Made by a program: the position numbers and the translations under genes. A stretch of 64,000 bases of DNA, from IMG/VR virus record IMGVR_UViG_2879039326_000005; one strand, written 5' to 3'. The notes under the pieces were generated by a model. The model saw only the letters and a program-made list of their open reading frames with translations. It was not told the DNA's origin and did not search any database. The DNA comes from an uncultured virus (IMG/VR IMGVR_UViG_2879039326_000005) (Duplodnaviria > Heunggongvirae > Uroviricota > Caudoviricetes). Below, piece by piece: positions 35,830-45,667 of the stretch; position 1 is the stretch's first letter; each line of letters opens with the position of its first letter.

Positions 35830-36071
35830 CCGACCACCACTACCCCGGCTTTGAGCAGATCGGCTGGGGCCATGTCGGCTACTTCTGGCTCACTCAGTTC
35901 GGTGATGCGGGGCAGTAGTTTGATCAGGGTGTCGACGTTCATCTGGACGATGTCCATGGTGTTGAGCCCGCGCAGGTGAGCGGCCTTTTTGGGGCTGCGA
36001 ATGATCAGGCTGTGGAGGGTGGTTTCGCCGCGCTGGATCGGGGTGTCGAGGGTGATTTCTTTCTGTTCCAT
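35787..36071 (-). CDS. Tail assembly chaperone gpE
   Basis: ITLDTPIQRG...LLPRIT...VVGFL. Confidence 0.9.
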   Translation of the reverse strand: MEQKEITLDTPIQRGETTLHSLIIRSPKKAAHLRGLNTMDIVQMNVDTLIKLLPRITELSEPEVADMAPADLLKAGVVVVGFLMGSQQEAYLTA

Positions 36072-36137
36072 GGTGTTAGTTCCTGTTGTTGATGTAGTGA
36101 GGGCGGCTGTTTGCCGCCCGTTGTATGGGTGAATTGG

Positions 36138-36656
36138 TTAGAGGCCGATGGCTTTGCGGTGCTCGGCCATGCGATCGACGCCATCGGGGCCAATTTCGAT
36201 CATGTTGATGAGGTCAATCTCATGCATCACCTGACCGTTGACGGTCTCTTTGTAGTAGGTGTTGACCATGCTGACCTTGGCCTGGGTGTTGTCACCGGCC
36301 TTGAGGGTGCCGCGATCGAGCTCTTTGAAGCGGCCACGGCAGACGATTTCGACGGCCATCACTTCGCCGGTGTCATCACGCTGGGTTGATCCGGCAAAGC
36401 GCAGGCTGGTGCCGTCGGCCTTTGGTTCACCCATGCAGCGCAGGAGCTGTTCGCCGTAGCCGCCAAAGGTGAACGACACATCAAGGGCGCTGTCATCGAG
36501 CCCCATGTCGATGTTGACGGCACCGCCCATGCCGCCGCCGCGATAGGCTTCGAACTTGCGGGACAGTTTGGCCGGGGTGAAATCTTCCGCTTCACCGACC
36601 CAGTTATCGCCGTTTAGAAAGACGTTCAGGCGTTTGATTTTGCGTGGCAGTGCCAT
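36138..36656 (-). CDS. Tail tube gpFII
   Basis: MALPRKIK...YRGGGM. Confidence 0.94.
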   Translation of the reverse strand: MALPRKIKRLNVFLNGDNWVGEAEDFTPAKLSRKFEAYRGGGMGGAVNIDMGLDDSALDVSFTFGGYGEQLLRCMGEPKADGTSLRFAGSTQRDDTGEVMAVEIVCRGRFKELDRGTLKAGDNTQAKVSMVNTYYKETVNGQVMHEIDLINMIEIGPDGVDRMAEHRKAIGL

Positions 36657-36665
36657 GGTGGCTCC

Positions 36666-37844
36666 TTATGCTGCGGCCGCGACGCGAGCGCCGAAGTCGA
36701 TGAGGTAGGAATCGGTGATGCGCTGGATGAAGCCGAGGTCTTCGAGCGGCGGCATCGGGGTGTAGTTGTAATCAATGCGCAGCTTGCCTGCCTTGAGGGT
36801 GTCTTTATCGTTGAGCTCTTCGTTGTACCAGCAGTTAAAACCGAGCAGGTAACCCCCGGCGACCAGCTCGCGGCCCTTGGCGTTGACCCCTTCGACGATG
36901 TCTTTGACCAGGGAGGGGGTCATGGGCTTATCGACGGCCCACATGTGAGCCTCGGCCATGGTGTCGGCCAGTATTTGGGCGGTACGGGTGTAGTTCTCGA
37001 AGGCGAACAGGGGATCATCGGAGCAGGTGCGGTTGCCCCAGTAGCGGGGCCCGTTGGACTGGATCAGGCCGGTGACTTCGTTGGCGTTGAGCAGGCCGAC
37101 CTCGGTGTCGGGGTCTTGCAGATCCCAGAACAGGTTTTTGGTCATGCCATCGACCCCGGTCACGCCGACGTTCGACAGGGTCTTGTGCCAGCCAATTTCT
37201 TTGTCGATCAGCGCCCGCATGGCGGCGGCCTTGAGGCAGGCATCGAGCTTGACGCTGGCTTTGGCGGCAACGTCCCACGCAGTCCAGTCACCGTGGATCA
37301 GCATCAGCTCGCGGCTGGAGAAGTTGTCACGGTAGGCCAGCGCTGCTTCAACGGTCTCGGCGATGGTTGGCACATAGGCAAAGGCGCGCAGCTTTTTGGC
37401 CATGCCCGCCAGCGCAGTGGACACCGGCAGGGTGCAGTTATCCGGCACGCAGAGGATGCGTGGCTTGACGGTGGTGACCGGGGCGGCCCGCTCCAGTGCC
37501 TTGAGGCCGGTATAGCTGCCATCGGGCTTGATGGTGCCGATGATGTTGCTGGTGAGGGCTGCAGCGTCGGCCCCCTTGGCCACGCGCACGACGATGACGA
37601 TGGTGGTGGCGGTGTCATAGATGGTTTGCAGCGATTTTTTGAGGTTGCCCTCGCTGCCTGCCTTGGCGATGGCCGCTGGCAGGTTGGCGATCAGTACAGG
37701 CTTGTCGAGGGGGAAATAGGTGGCGTCGGCGTCTTCGCTGGTGCAGACCATGCCGATCACCGCCGTGGCGACGGTGCGGATGGTGCGGGTGCCCTCGGTC
37801 GCTTCGACGACGCGCACGCCGTGGTGAAATTGGTCCAGTGCCAT
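36666..37844 (-). CDS. Tail sheath gpFI
   Basis: FHHGVRVVE, GWHKTLSNV, WGNRTC. Confidence 0.94.
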   Translation of the reverse strand: MALDQFHHGVRVVEATEGTRTIRTVATAVIGMVCTSEDADATYFPLDKPVLIANLPAAIAKAGSEGNLKKSLQTIYDTATTIVIVVRVAKGADAAALTSNIIGTIKPDGSYTGLKALERAAPVTTVKPRILCVPDNCTLPVSTALAGMAKKLRAFAYVPTIAETVEAALAYRDNFSSRELMLIHGDWTAWDVAAKASVKLDACLKAAAMRALIDKEIGWHKTLSNVGVTGVDGMTKNLFWDLQDPDTEVGLLNANEVTGLIQSNGPRYWGNRTCSDDPLFAFENYTRTAQILADTMAEAHMWAVDKPMTPSLVKDIVEGVNAKGRELVAGGYLLGFNCWYNEELNDKDTLKAGKLRIDYNYTPMPPLEDLGFIQRITDSYLIDFGARVAAAA

Positions 37845-37945
37845 AGGTTCTCCTGTTGTCCGGACGGAGCATTCTTTGCGTAGGTAATGCATGTGATGTG
37901 AGCAGGGTCAGGATGCAGGGGCAGGGGATGGCAGGCGAGCGGCGG

Positions 37946-37972
37946 CCAGTGTATCTACGGCGGATACACTGG
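37946..37972. promoter_or_regulatory. Late promoter activator site (pF)
   Basis: CCAGTGTATCTACGGCGGATACACTGG dyad, identical at three late operons. Confidence 0.85.
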
Positions 37973-38263
37973 AGCAGCGGTGACAATGTGGTGGCGGGCG
38001 GCAGTAACGAAACACCCCGCACGGGGCACAATGCTGTTCACTTAAGAGAATTTGAGTTGCAGCCCACGTAGTATCGGGGCTAAAAAGCGAGGGAGGCATG
38101 ATGCCTCCCTCTTTCTATTGCAAGCCGCGCTGGATAAAAGCTGGAGAAAGATCGACTGGAAACAGCCTAGCTCCCCCAACTCAAGTCGCATTTATGAATA
38201 ATTAGTAAAAAAATGCTTATCTGAACAGCGTTGCGCACAGAGCGGGGTGTTTTTTTATTAGGG

Positions 38264-38440
38264 TTACTCTCCCACTGTTTTTTCTTGCGCTGGTTTAGCA
38301 AACTCACTGCCGTTATAAATATCTCCTATAGACACATCTATATCTTCGAGAGGGATCAGGCGTGGGTCATCAACTTCCATTGTGTATTGAGAGATGCCGA
38401 CGACGGTGCTTCCTGACATCACTGCATAGCGATAAATCAT
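38264..38440 (-). CDS. Small tail-fibre-associated protein
   Basis: 58 aa, ATGA-coupled; IGDIYNGSEF motif. Confidence 0.6.
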   Translation of the reverse strand: MIYRYAVMSGSTVVGISQYTMEVDDPRLIPLEDIDVSIGDIYNGSEFAKPAQEKTVGE

Positions 38441-38730
38441 ACCCACTCCTCTAATTCCCAGTGAATGTTTGTGCGAACTCCATATGTTGATGTCGATGTG
38501 GCGCCCACAAATGTGAGCGTTTGAGCATCCTTTATGTATCCTGTACCGATGTGTAGAGATGCCCAGGGGGACGATGTATCCCGTACAAAAATCGCACCCT
38601 GCGGTTTTACATGCAAAATTGATGTGCCCAAGTTTATTTTGGGAATGGGGACCGACACCGATTCCCCAATGCCTACAGAGACAACGCCTCTTTGTACCAT
38701 GCGGGCAAGAGCACCCCCTAGATCAATCAT
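38437..38730 (-). CDS. Tail-fibre-associated protein (possible receptor-binding domain)
   Basis: ATGA-coupled; VQRG...WELEE, beta-rich. Confidence 0.6.
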   Translation of the reverse strand: MIDLGGALARMVQRGVVSVGIGESVSVPIPKINLGTSILHVKPQGAIFVRDTSSPWASLHIGTGYIKDAQTLTFVGATSTSTYGVRTNIHWELEEWV

Positions 38731-39482
38731 GACACCCTCCACTTACCATCTACACAAGAGAAGATAAACACTCGGCCCGCCTCACGGATGCGGGTTTTTT
38801 GATCTGCCCCGCCAGGGGTTGATATTGTGTAACCGGCCTTTGTTTGAACAACGCAGTCGACGCTATTGATTGGAACTGAATGATCAGCCATCACCATCAC
38901 GTCACCGCCGTCTGGCAAGGTCAGCTCACCTGCGCCCATGAAGCGATATGAACGGTTCATGGCCGCGCCTTGGCCGGTGAATGGTATCCATGCAAAACGT
39001 TGTTCAACATATGTTCGTGAAGCCAGCACTTTGGACGGGTCGACCAATATCTGGATTTGCCCGCCATCGACTTGATGAGTTGAGATGTAGGTGCCGAGCG
39101 GGAGGTCGACTTGCGCCCCCTGTGCTGTAATGGTTTTTTCTACCGGTGGATAGCGGGTGGCAAATATCATGTCACCGTCAGCATCGAACCAACCGGCCTC
39201 GCGCACGATGAACGGGCCCACGTCGATTGGGACGTAACCTTCCATGTAGTATTGGGATGGCAGGTTGTCATCTTGTTCCAGTATGGCAATCGGGCCACGA
39301 AAGGTTTCGTCGATCAGGCGGGTGGCCTGCTGTAGTTGCTCTGCGGTGGGGGCGTAACTGTCTCCGCCACCGGTGCCCACGGCGAACTGGGTCAGTTTCA
39401 GGGGGCGGCTGGTCGCGGCCAGATTGGCCAGCTTGGCGGCCCCGATGGCAGTCAGGACGGTAAAGTAGGTTTGTGTTGTCAT
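38727..39482 (-). CDS. Short tail fibre gpH (collar domain)
   Basis: YFTVLTAIGAAKLA...VGPFIVREAG...LASRTYVE; only 251 aa. Confidence 0.85.
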   Translation of the reverse strand: MTTQTYFTVLTAIGAAKLANLAATSRPLKLTQFAVGTGGGDSYAPTAEQLQQATRLIDETFRGPIAILEQDDNLPSQYYMEGYVPIDVGPFIVREAGWFDADGDMIFATRYPPVEKTITAQGAQVDLPLGTYISTHQVDGGQIQILVDPSKVLASRTYVEQRFAWIPFTGQGAAMNRSYRFMGAGELTLPDGGDVMVMADHSVPINSVDCVVQTKAGYTISTPGGADQKTRIREAGRVFIFSCVDGKWRVS

Positions 39483-40081
39483 ATGGCATTCACTCGGTAG
39501 GTTGCCGCGATGCGCGGCATGCCGCCAAGGGGGGCGGCAATGCTGGTTGTTGGTAGGCTGGCCTGATATGGGCGGCAGATGTAGCGCGGGGTGATGGTCG
39601 GCACGGCCGCCACCCCCAGCCCTACGTCTGTGCTCATGACCAGACTGAGGGTGTAGTGACTGCGCAGGTTTTTGGCTTCGTCTACTCGGCGCGTGATGGC
39701 AGCGGTGTTGCCCGCCGCGATCCCTTCTGGCGGAACGTTGACGCGCACCTTGAAGGTGTACGGCTGACCGCCAAACTCGAACCATTGCTGGAGTGTGGCG
39801 CGATAGCCGATCGCCTCCAGTGCGCGACGCACCGCGCCCGGGGTGCCTTTGGTGGCGTGGATGCTGAAACTTGCTGCCATGGCACCACGCTTTTGCGAGT
39901 CAGACCAATCATCATCCCAGTCATCGACGCTGAATGCCCATGCCTGATACGGCAGGACGTTGGCCGGACATCTGGCAGGCGACCACAAATCACGGCATGG
40001 AATAGGGAGATCCAGCGCAGCGGCGGCCACATTGGTCAGGTTGCGTTCCAGTACTGTGGTATTGGGTGGCAGCAGAGTCAT
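39479..40081 (-). CDS. Tail protein gpI
   Basis: LLPPN, LPYQAWAFSVDDW, KGTPGAV. Confidence 0.92.
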   Translation of the reverse strand: MTLLPPNTTVLERNLTNVAAAALDLPIPCRDLWSPARCPANVLPYQAWAFSVDDWDDDWSDSQKRGAMAASFSIHATKGTPGAVRRALEAIGYRATLQQWFEFGGQPYTFKVRVNVPPEGIAAGNTAAITRRVDEAKNLRSHYTLSLVMSTDVGLGVAAVPTITPRYICRPYQASLPTTSIAAPLGGMPRIAATYRVNAI

Positions 40082-40980
40082 TGGATCACCTGCTCGATGG
40101 TGTATCCGCTACACCATGCTGCCTGATAGGGTGCCGGTGTGATGTCTGCCCAATCAACCAACTCGACCTTTCTTACCCCCGGCACATGCAAGGCCGATTC
40201 AAGGAGGGATCGCGGTACCTCTACCCCGATGCGGCGACGCGGGTTGATAACCTCAAGCAATCGCCGCTCGGCTTCGGCGGTGATGGCGGCAGCAGATGGC
40301 CCCGCAGCAGGGATAAACAGGCGGATGGCCAAGGTGTATGGCAGTACCTGGGTGGCTTTTACATGCACGTTATCTGTCAGCGGCACCCGATCTTCATCGG
40401 TGAGATAGCCGGCCACTTTGGTCAGCAGGGCCGCAGACGGGGTGCCGTCGCCGGTGGCGGCCAAGATGTAGACATCCACCACGCCCGGGCTCGGGGAGAT
40501 GGGTTCGGCATCCATCACTGCGCCATCAGCGGTGCGGGCGTGATAGCGATAGGCTTCGCGGGGGCCTGCGACGCTGAGGGCATCCCATGCCAGCAATGCG
40601 CGTTCGCGCAGAGCTTCGTCACTTTCCATAATCGTGGGGATCGGCGGGGTGGCGGTGTCGTCGCCCTGTTGTACGGTCAGCCGCTCGACATTCCAGTTTG
40701 CAACCAGATTATCAAGGTCGGCCCCCTCTGCCCATGCCAGCATGTTGGCCACGGCGGCGTTGTTGATGCGGGCGCGCAGGATCAGCTCGCGATAGGCGTT
40801 CTCTTGCAGGAATTTCGTAAGCGGTTCTGATTCGAGTGCGAGTGTGGCTGCAATGGCCGCTTGTTGGTCAAGTGGATACCGTGCAATCAGCGCTGCTTTC
40901 CGTTCTGAAAGAATTGACTCAAAGTCGAGCGGGTCGATTATTGATGGTTTTGGCAATTTGGATAGATCGATGATGCTCAA
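40078..40980 (-). CDS. Baseplate gpJ
   Basis: IDLSKLPKP, LESEPL, LSVAGP. Confidence 0.92.
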   Translation of the reverse strand: MSIIDLSKLPKPSIIDPLDFESILSERKAALIARYPLDQQAAIAATLALESEPLTKFLQENAYRELILRARINNAAVANMLAWAEGADLDNLVANWNVERLTVQQGDDTATPPIPTIMESDEALRERALLAWDALSVAGPREAYRYHARTADGAVMDAEPISPSPGVVDVYILAATGDGTPSAALLTKVAGYLTDEDRVPLTDNVHVKATQVLPYTLAIRLFIPAAGPSAAAITAEAERRLLEVINPRRRIGVEVPRSLLESALHVPGVRKVELVDWADITPAPYQAAWCSGYTIEQVIQ

Positions 40981-41336
40981 CTTGCGACTCCTGTTGGGAC
41001 GGGTATGGTTGCAGACTCCGGCGCGCCGCCATCTTTGCGCTGCCAAGTGAGCTCGATGGTGAGAGCGCCATCGATGCCGCCGCCGAGCACATCGACGCGG
41101 GTGATGGTGATGCGTGGCTCCCAGTTGATAAGGGCTTGCACGGTGGCGGCCATCAGGCGCAGGCGGGTGGCCTGATGCTGGGGCTGGTCGATGAGGTAAA
41201 ACAGCTCGCTACCGTAGTCGCGACGCATCACCCGCGAACCCACAGGGGTGATCAGGATGTCGCGCACCGACTGGATGATGTGGTCGGTGGCGCTGATGGC
41301 GCGGCCATTGGCGGCATTCATGCCGAGCCAGTTCAT
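40977..41336 (-). CDS. Baseplate gpW
   Basis: HIIQSVRDILITPVGSRVMRRDYGS, WEPRI. Confidence 0.93.
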   Translation of the reverse strand: MNWLGMNAANGRAISATDHIIQSVRDILITPVGSRVMRRDYGSELFYLIDQPQHQATRLRLMAATVQALINWEPRITITRVDVLGGGIDGALTIELTWQRKDGGAPESATIPVPTGVAS

Positions 41337-41905
41337 ACAGGGCCCCCTGATGTACCGCTGCCTGGCATGGTGTCTTTATGTTTGTGGGTCGTGACTTCTA
41401 TGCCACCGATGTTTGCGGTGGGGGCGGTAATCTTGTCCCCCGCGCTGATGGTGGTGCCGACCTTGAGCGCCTTGGTGCATTCGACCAGCGGGGTGATCAG
41501 CTTGACGGTGACCGAGGCTGAGATAGTGGCGGACTTGATGCCGGTGGCGTTGAGTGCCCCGGTTGCCGGGTTGTATTCGATGATGGCGCCATCGGCGTAT
41601 TCGGTGCGGTCGAGATCAGGGTTGTCATCCTCGGCCAGCGGCTCGGGGAACTGGTCAGCATTGAGGCGGCCGACGATATAGGCATTGCGCGTATCGCCGC
41701 TGACCGAGAGCAAAATCACCTGCTCGCCCAGGCTCAGGCGGTGGCGGGTACGGTTCGCCCCGGCCCTGTCTGTGGTGTAGGGCCGCCAGTTGGTGGTGAT
41801 GTAGCCAGTTTTGACGCGACATTCCCCTGAGCGCACGGCAGTGACGGTGCCAATGCGGATCAGGTTGTCGATCAGGCGTTTGAGTTCGGTTGTGGTCGGG
41901 TGCAT
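41333..41905 (-). CDS. Baseplate spike gpV
   Basis: NLIRIGTV, YADGAIIEY, C-terminal HKH. Confidence 0.93.
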   Translation of the reverse strand: MHPTTTELKRLIDNLIRIGTVTAVRSGECRVKTGYITTNWRPYTTDRAGANRTRHRLSLGEQVILLSVSGDTRNAYIVGRLNADQFPEPLAEDDNPDLDRTEYADGAIIEYNPATGALNATGIKSATISASVTVKLITPLVECTKALKVGTTISAGDKITAPTANIGGIEVTTHKHKDTMPGSGTSGGPV

Positions 41906-41943
41906 GGGGCCATTGTTTTGGGCAATGGCTGGTAAGGCGAGGG

Positions 41944-41978
41944 GCGGCCAGTGTATCTACGGCGGATACACTGGCCGC
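41944..41978. promoter_or_regulatory. Late promoter activator site (pV)
   Basis: GCGGCCAGTGTATCTACGGCGGATACACTGGCCGC dyad. Confidence 0.85.
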
Positions 41979-41983
41979 GATGA

Positions 41984-42442
41984 TTACAGCCCGTGACTGA
42001 GGTGGGCGAGCAGGGTGTTTTCGAGCTGGTCGAGCTCTTGTTCGGTGATGCCGAGCAGTTCCCGTGTCGGATAGCTGATCTCGCGGCCCTTGATACGGTC
42101 TTTGAGGCCGTAGTGGTGGATGGTCGCCAAGCGCCGAGCAGTGCCGACAAATTCAACCACGGCTTGCGAGGGGGTGGCGCTGGCTTTTAACCATGTCTTG
42201 CTGCTGATTTTGAAGAACATTTTTTTGCGCAGGCGGCCCCGGCCTTTTTTCAGCTTGGGCTGTGGCTTGCGCTGGGTCATGTGGCTGCCATCTGGTTGGA
42301 TGTTGGTACGGATCCGGCTGGCTTGGCTGTCACGCAGCTTACGCGCCATGTCAGCGGCCAGCTGGCGGCGGGCGGCAGGTTCCATGCTGGCCAACAGGCC
42401 ATCAGCCCAACTGGTCAGGCGGCTCAGTTCGTCGGTGGCCAT
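41984..42442 (-). CDS. Tail completion gpS
   Basis: QPDGS, IHHYGL, YPTRELLG. Confidence 0.9.
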   Translation of the reverse strand: MATDELSRLTSWADGLLASMEPAARRQLAADMARKLRDSQASRIRTNIQPDGSHMTQRKPQPKLKKGRGRLRKKMFFKISSKTWLKASATPSQAVVEFVGTARRLATIHHYGLKDRIKGREISYPTRELLGITEQELDQLENTLLAHLSHGL

Positions 42443-42894
42443 GGCTGATATTCCCCGTTGATGAACAATTCCCAGGTGATGCCGTCATAAGGGTCTTCCG
42501 GCGGCTCTGGCAGGTGCTCCCAGCCAATGCCCTGCTCGTTTTTCCACACCCTGACCCGCTCGGTCAGTTTGACGGTGATGATGAGATCGATCAGGTCGTT
42601 GGCGAGGTATTCGGCCTCGAAGGTGATGCCATCCTTGCGCTTTTCATCGTTGGTCATCAGCTCGGGCTGGTGTTGGCGCAGCCACGCCAGCAGCGGCACC
42701 ATGATCTGATCCGGATGGCCGGCAAAGTCTTCAATACCGATAGTGAGCGGGTATTGCCACTCGAACGAGAGTGAGCTGGCACCGGTGCTTTCGACGTTAC
42801 CGGGGGCGATGAAGATGTGCAGTTTGTCCGGGTTGGTTTTGAGGTGTGGGACGCAGCTGGTCAGCGCCTCACGGATCTGTTTTGGCTTTTCCAT
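42424..42894 (-). CDS. Tail completion gpR
   Basis: NPDKLHIFI, LLAWLRQHQP, LTERV. Confidence 0.9.
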   Translation of the reverse strand: MEKPKQIREALTSCVPHLKTNPDKLHIFIAPGNVESTGASSLSFEWQYPLTIGIEDFAGHPDQIMVPLLAWLRQHQPELMTNDEKRKDGITFEAEYLANDLIDLIITVKLTERVRVWKNEQGIGWEHLPEPPEDPYDGITWELFINGEYQPWPPTN

Positions 42895-43165
42895 CTTGGC
42901 TCCCTTGTTGTTGATGCCTTTGCTGGCAGGTGATGAGGCTATCGACCTTGGCGGCGCAGCTGGCCCAGGCGGTTTCGGTCTGGGTCAGTTGGTCGAGCAA
43001 GTCGCCGTTATTGGCTGGGCTGGCCGGTGGCAGCTGGCAGGGTGTCAGGCCCTGACAGGTGAGCCTGATAGTCTGCGGCACCGGTGATGGTGGGGCGCTG
43101 GAGCAGCCTGATAACAGGAGCAGGCAGAGGGCGATCAGCCCAAGTGCGAAGTTCAGCATTTTCAC
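42869..43165 (-). CDS. lysC: o-spanin LysC
   Basis: LLLSGC lipobox, NGDL...AWASCAAKVD. Confidence 0.88.
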   Translation of the reverse strand: MKMLNFALGLIALCLLLLSGCSSAPPSPVPQTIRLTCQGLTPCQLPPASPANNGDLLDQLTQTETAWASCAAKVDSLITCQQRHQQQGSQDGKAKTDP

Positions 43166-43475
43166 GTTTTAGCCTCTTGATGGTTTCAGCGCGGGTGGCT
43201 GCGGTCATCGACAGGTCGCCGAGCTGGCTTTGCAGTTCGGCGGCGGCGGTTGCTTGGGTATCCAGTTCGGTTTTCAGGGTGTTGATCGTGGTGTCTTTGC
43301 CCTGTTCCCGCCGCTGCGCCTCGTTGGCCTTGTCATCTGCGGCCTTGAGGTCGCTTTGCAGGGTGGTGACCTGCCCCTTGGCGGTCGCGGCCGAGGTCGC
43401 CGACCAGCCCCAGCCGCCCAAGGCGATGGCCAAGGCCAGCAGCAGCCAGCTGAGTGGGGTGCGTAGTAATGCCAT
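43008..43475 (-). CDS. lysB: i-spanin LysB
   Basis: N-terminal TM; LKRENAELRTWADRPLP. Confidence 0.88.
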   Translation of the reverse strand: MALLRTPLSWLLLALAIALGGWGWSATSAATAKGQVTTLQSDLKAADDKANEAQRREQGKDTTINTLKTELDTQATAAAELQSQLGDLSMTAATRAETIKRLKRENAELRTWADRPLPAPVIRLLQRPTITGAADYQAHLSGPDTLPAATGQPSQ

Positions 43476-43633
43476 TACGGTTTCCTCGGGGGTGGCGTTG
43501 GCGACGGCTTATTCTGGCTGCTGCCTCTGAACGGGCAGATCAGACAGCCACCAAGCCAGCGCAATTCCAGACATTTCGCATCCAGCTTGGTGCAGGTTTT
43601 CCCCACCAAGTGACCGCACTTAGGCCGCGGCAT
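43475..43633 (-). CDS. Small Cys-rich hypothetical protein (52 aa)
   Basis: MPRPKCGHLVGKTCTKLDAKC...CLICP; stop overlaps the lysB start. Confidence 0.45.
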   Translation of the reverse strand: MPRPKCGHLVGKTCTKLDAKCLELRWLGGCLICPFRGSSQNKPSPTPPPRKP

Positions 43634-44132
43634 GATCTATCCCCCAAAAGTCCATCCCATCAGCGCGCAGGGCGCTGTTGCAGGGCATAACCACCACCGT
43701 ATCAACAAAGGTTTCTGCCTTGGCGAGCAGCTGGTTGATCACTCTGTCGCCCGAGGCTTTCATCAGGTCGAAACCCGGGCGCGGGGTGGTCGTGTAGTAG
43801 CCGTTCGGCATGATGGGTATATCAAGCTGGTTCTCATACCAATCAAACTCGTCAAAGAACCAACAGGCGTCGCTGTCTTTGATGAGGGCTTCCAGAATTT
43901 CCCGTTCGGCTTGGTGAAGCTCGTTTCTGCGGTTGATGTTGAGCAGGTCGCAGCTGGTGACGTATGCCCCTTTGACCTTGCTGGCAATGTCCAGAAACAT
44001 CCACAGGTGCTCTTTATCCAGCGGCGACGACAGCACGATGACCACCTTTTTTCTTTCCTGCCGCTTCTTGTTCGCGGCGGCTATCAGACGGGTGGTTTTG
44101 CCCGTCATCCGGCCTGTGATTTCAATGTGCAT
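43620..44132 (-). CDS. Small P-loop NTPase-like protein in the lysis cassette
   Basis: GRMTGKTT Walker A, FFDEFD Walker B, TTTP. Confidence 0.7.
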   Translation of the reverse strand: MHIEITGRMTGKTTRLIAAANKKRQERKKVVIVLSSPLDKEHLWMFLDIASKVKGAYVTSCDLLNINRRNELHQAEREILEALIKDSDACWFFDEFDWYENQLDIPIMPNGYYTTTPRPGFDLMKASGDRVINQLLAKAETFVDTVVVMPCNSALRADGMDFWGIDHAAA

Positions 44133-44943
44133 CAGCCACCTCCTTCACCGGATAGACCTTGGCAAAGTGCTCGTATGCCTTGGCCAGCTTGGTGTCGTAG
44201 TCGTTGTCTTTGTAGGCAGGGCCGTTGTAGCGGCGGGCGAAGTCTGCCCATTTACGACCCTGCAGGGCCTTGTGCATAGCTGGGTCTTGCTGGATGAAGC
44301 GGCACAGGGCGGTGAGATGTTCGACCTCGCTGCGCTGCATGGCTGCCTGCCAGTCGTTGGCCGAGGCAAAGCCCAGCGGCTGCCAGTGGTAGCCCATGAC
44401 CTGGAACATGCCCCAGCTGGCCGATTCGATGGCGGCAGCGCGATGCAGGCTGATGGCCAGTTGCAGCCGTTCCCACTCTGCCGACCCGCCCGCATAGCCG
44501 CCGCGCTTGGGGTTGACCAGATTGGGGTAATTGGCGGCCAGCTGGTCGGCGGCCGCCTTGCCCAGGTGTTTGGTGAGCTGCTGGTAGAACACATGCCGCT
44601 CGAACAGCACCACCGGGCGCTGAGCTTGGGTGAAGCCTTCACCGATGCTTTCAACCTGGGCGACGGTGGCCATGGTGGCCAGCGGCACGGCGAGCAGATC
44701 AGCCCCTGCCTGCATGTGGTTGACGGTCAGCTGGTTGCCGCGCTCGCTGCCGAGCAGGGCGGCCATGGTGCGTGGGCCCGCCTGACCGATGGCGGTGATC
44801 ATGTAATCCCGCTGGAAGTCGAGCAGGGCCTGCTCGGTGGCATCGCCAAACCAGCCATCGACTGCGACCGGATAACCGATGGCGGTGAGGCGGCGCTGCA
44901 GATCGGCCACGGCGGTGCCGGTATCGCCTTTTTTCAGGCTCAT
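44122..44943 (-). CDS. Modular endolysin: PG-binding domain + N-acetylmuramidase (DUF3380)
   Basis: VDGWFGxxTE; VES, LFERHVF, SASWGMFQVMG, FARRYNG. Confidence 0.92.
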   Translation of the reverse strand: MSLKKGDTGTAVADLQRRLTAIGYPVAVDGWFGDATEQALLDFQRDYMITAIGQAGPRTMAALLGSERGNQLTVNHMQAGADLLAVPLATMATVAQVESIGEGFTQAQRPVVLFERHVFYQQLTKHLGKAAADQLAANYPNLVNPKRGGYAGGSAEWERLQLAISLHRAAAIESASWGMFQVMGYHWQPLGFASANDWQAAMQRSEVEHLTALCRFIQQDPAMHKALQGRKWADFARRYNGPAYKDNDYDTKLAKAYEHFAKVYPVKEVADAH

Positions 44944-45281
44944 GGTTGAAACCTCCGGTAAATGTCGCGGGCGTTGGGGGCGGGTGATGGTTTGCGCTTG
45001 GGCAGCAGGTGGTGCACGGATCCGCTGGTTCGAAGCACGGCGAACAGCAGGAAAACAGCGAGCCCGAAGGAGGCAGGATCCGGCACTGGGATGCCGCCGA
45101 ATATAAAGCGCAGCGGGACAGAGCCAGACAGCACGCAGAGCAGCCACGCCATCCAGGCGGGCAGGGCGCGATATTCGCCCCCTTTGCGGTCAAACAGCAT
45201 GACACGCAGGAAGATGGCGGCGCAGATCAGGGCGTAAAGGGCGGTGTAAATAAACACGCCGGTTGGACTGGTCGGGATCAT
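44940..45281 (-). CDS. Phage holin-family membrane protein
   Basis: Three TM segments next to the endolysin. Confidence 0.75.
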   Translation of the reverse strand: MIPTSPTGVFIYTALYALICAAIFLRVMLFDRKGGEYRALPAWMAWLLCVLSGSVPLRFIFGGIPVPDPASFGLAVFLLFAVLRTSGSVHHLLPKRKPSPAPNARDIYRRFQP

Positions 45282-45283
45282 GG

Positions 45284-45652
45284 TTACCCCCTCCGGTTGA
45301 GCAAGATGTTTAAGATCGTGCCGAACTCGGTGCGCATGGCAGCTTGCAGCAGGCGGACCATCAGGGCTGACGAGAGCAGCGCGCCGACGGCTTTACTGAC
45401 CGTGACGCCAGCTGGCAAGGCCATTCCCAGCAGTTGGCAAGCGAGGTCTGCCATCACCAGACCAACAATGAACGAGACGACGAACAGGGCTATTTTTCGC
45501 CACCGGCTGTGCTCTTCGGTGGCGGAGATAAACAGGACTGCGCCGGTTAAGGAAGACAGCACCATGGCGGGGTCAACGCCCGGCAAGGTGAACAGCAGCG
45601 CCAGACCGGTGAGGGTGCTGGTTGCTGCACTGGATGAGATGGGTTCTGGCAT
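45284..45652 (-). CDS. Putative holin
   Basis: MPEPISS..., multi-TM. Confidence 0.75.
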   Translation of the reverse strand: MPEPISSSAATSTLTGLALLFTLPGVDPAMVLSSLTGAVLFISATEEHSRWRKIALFVVSFIVGLVMADLACQLLGMALPAGVTVSKAVGALLSSALMVRLLQAAMRTEFGTILNILLNRRG

Positions 45653-45667
45653 CTTGCTCTCCTGTTG

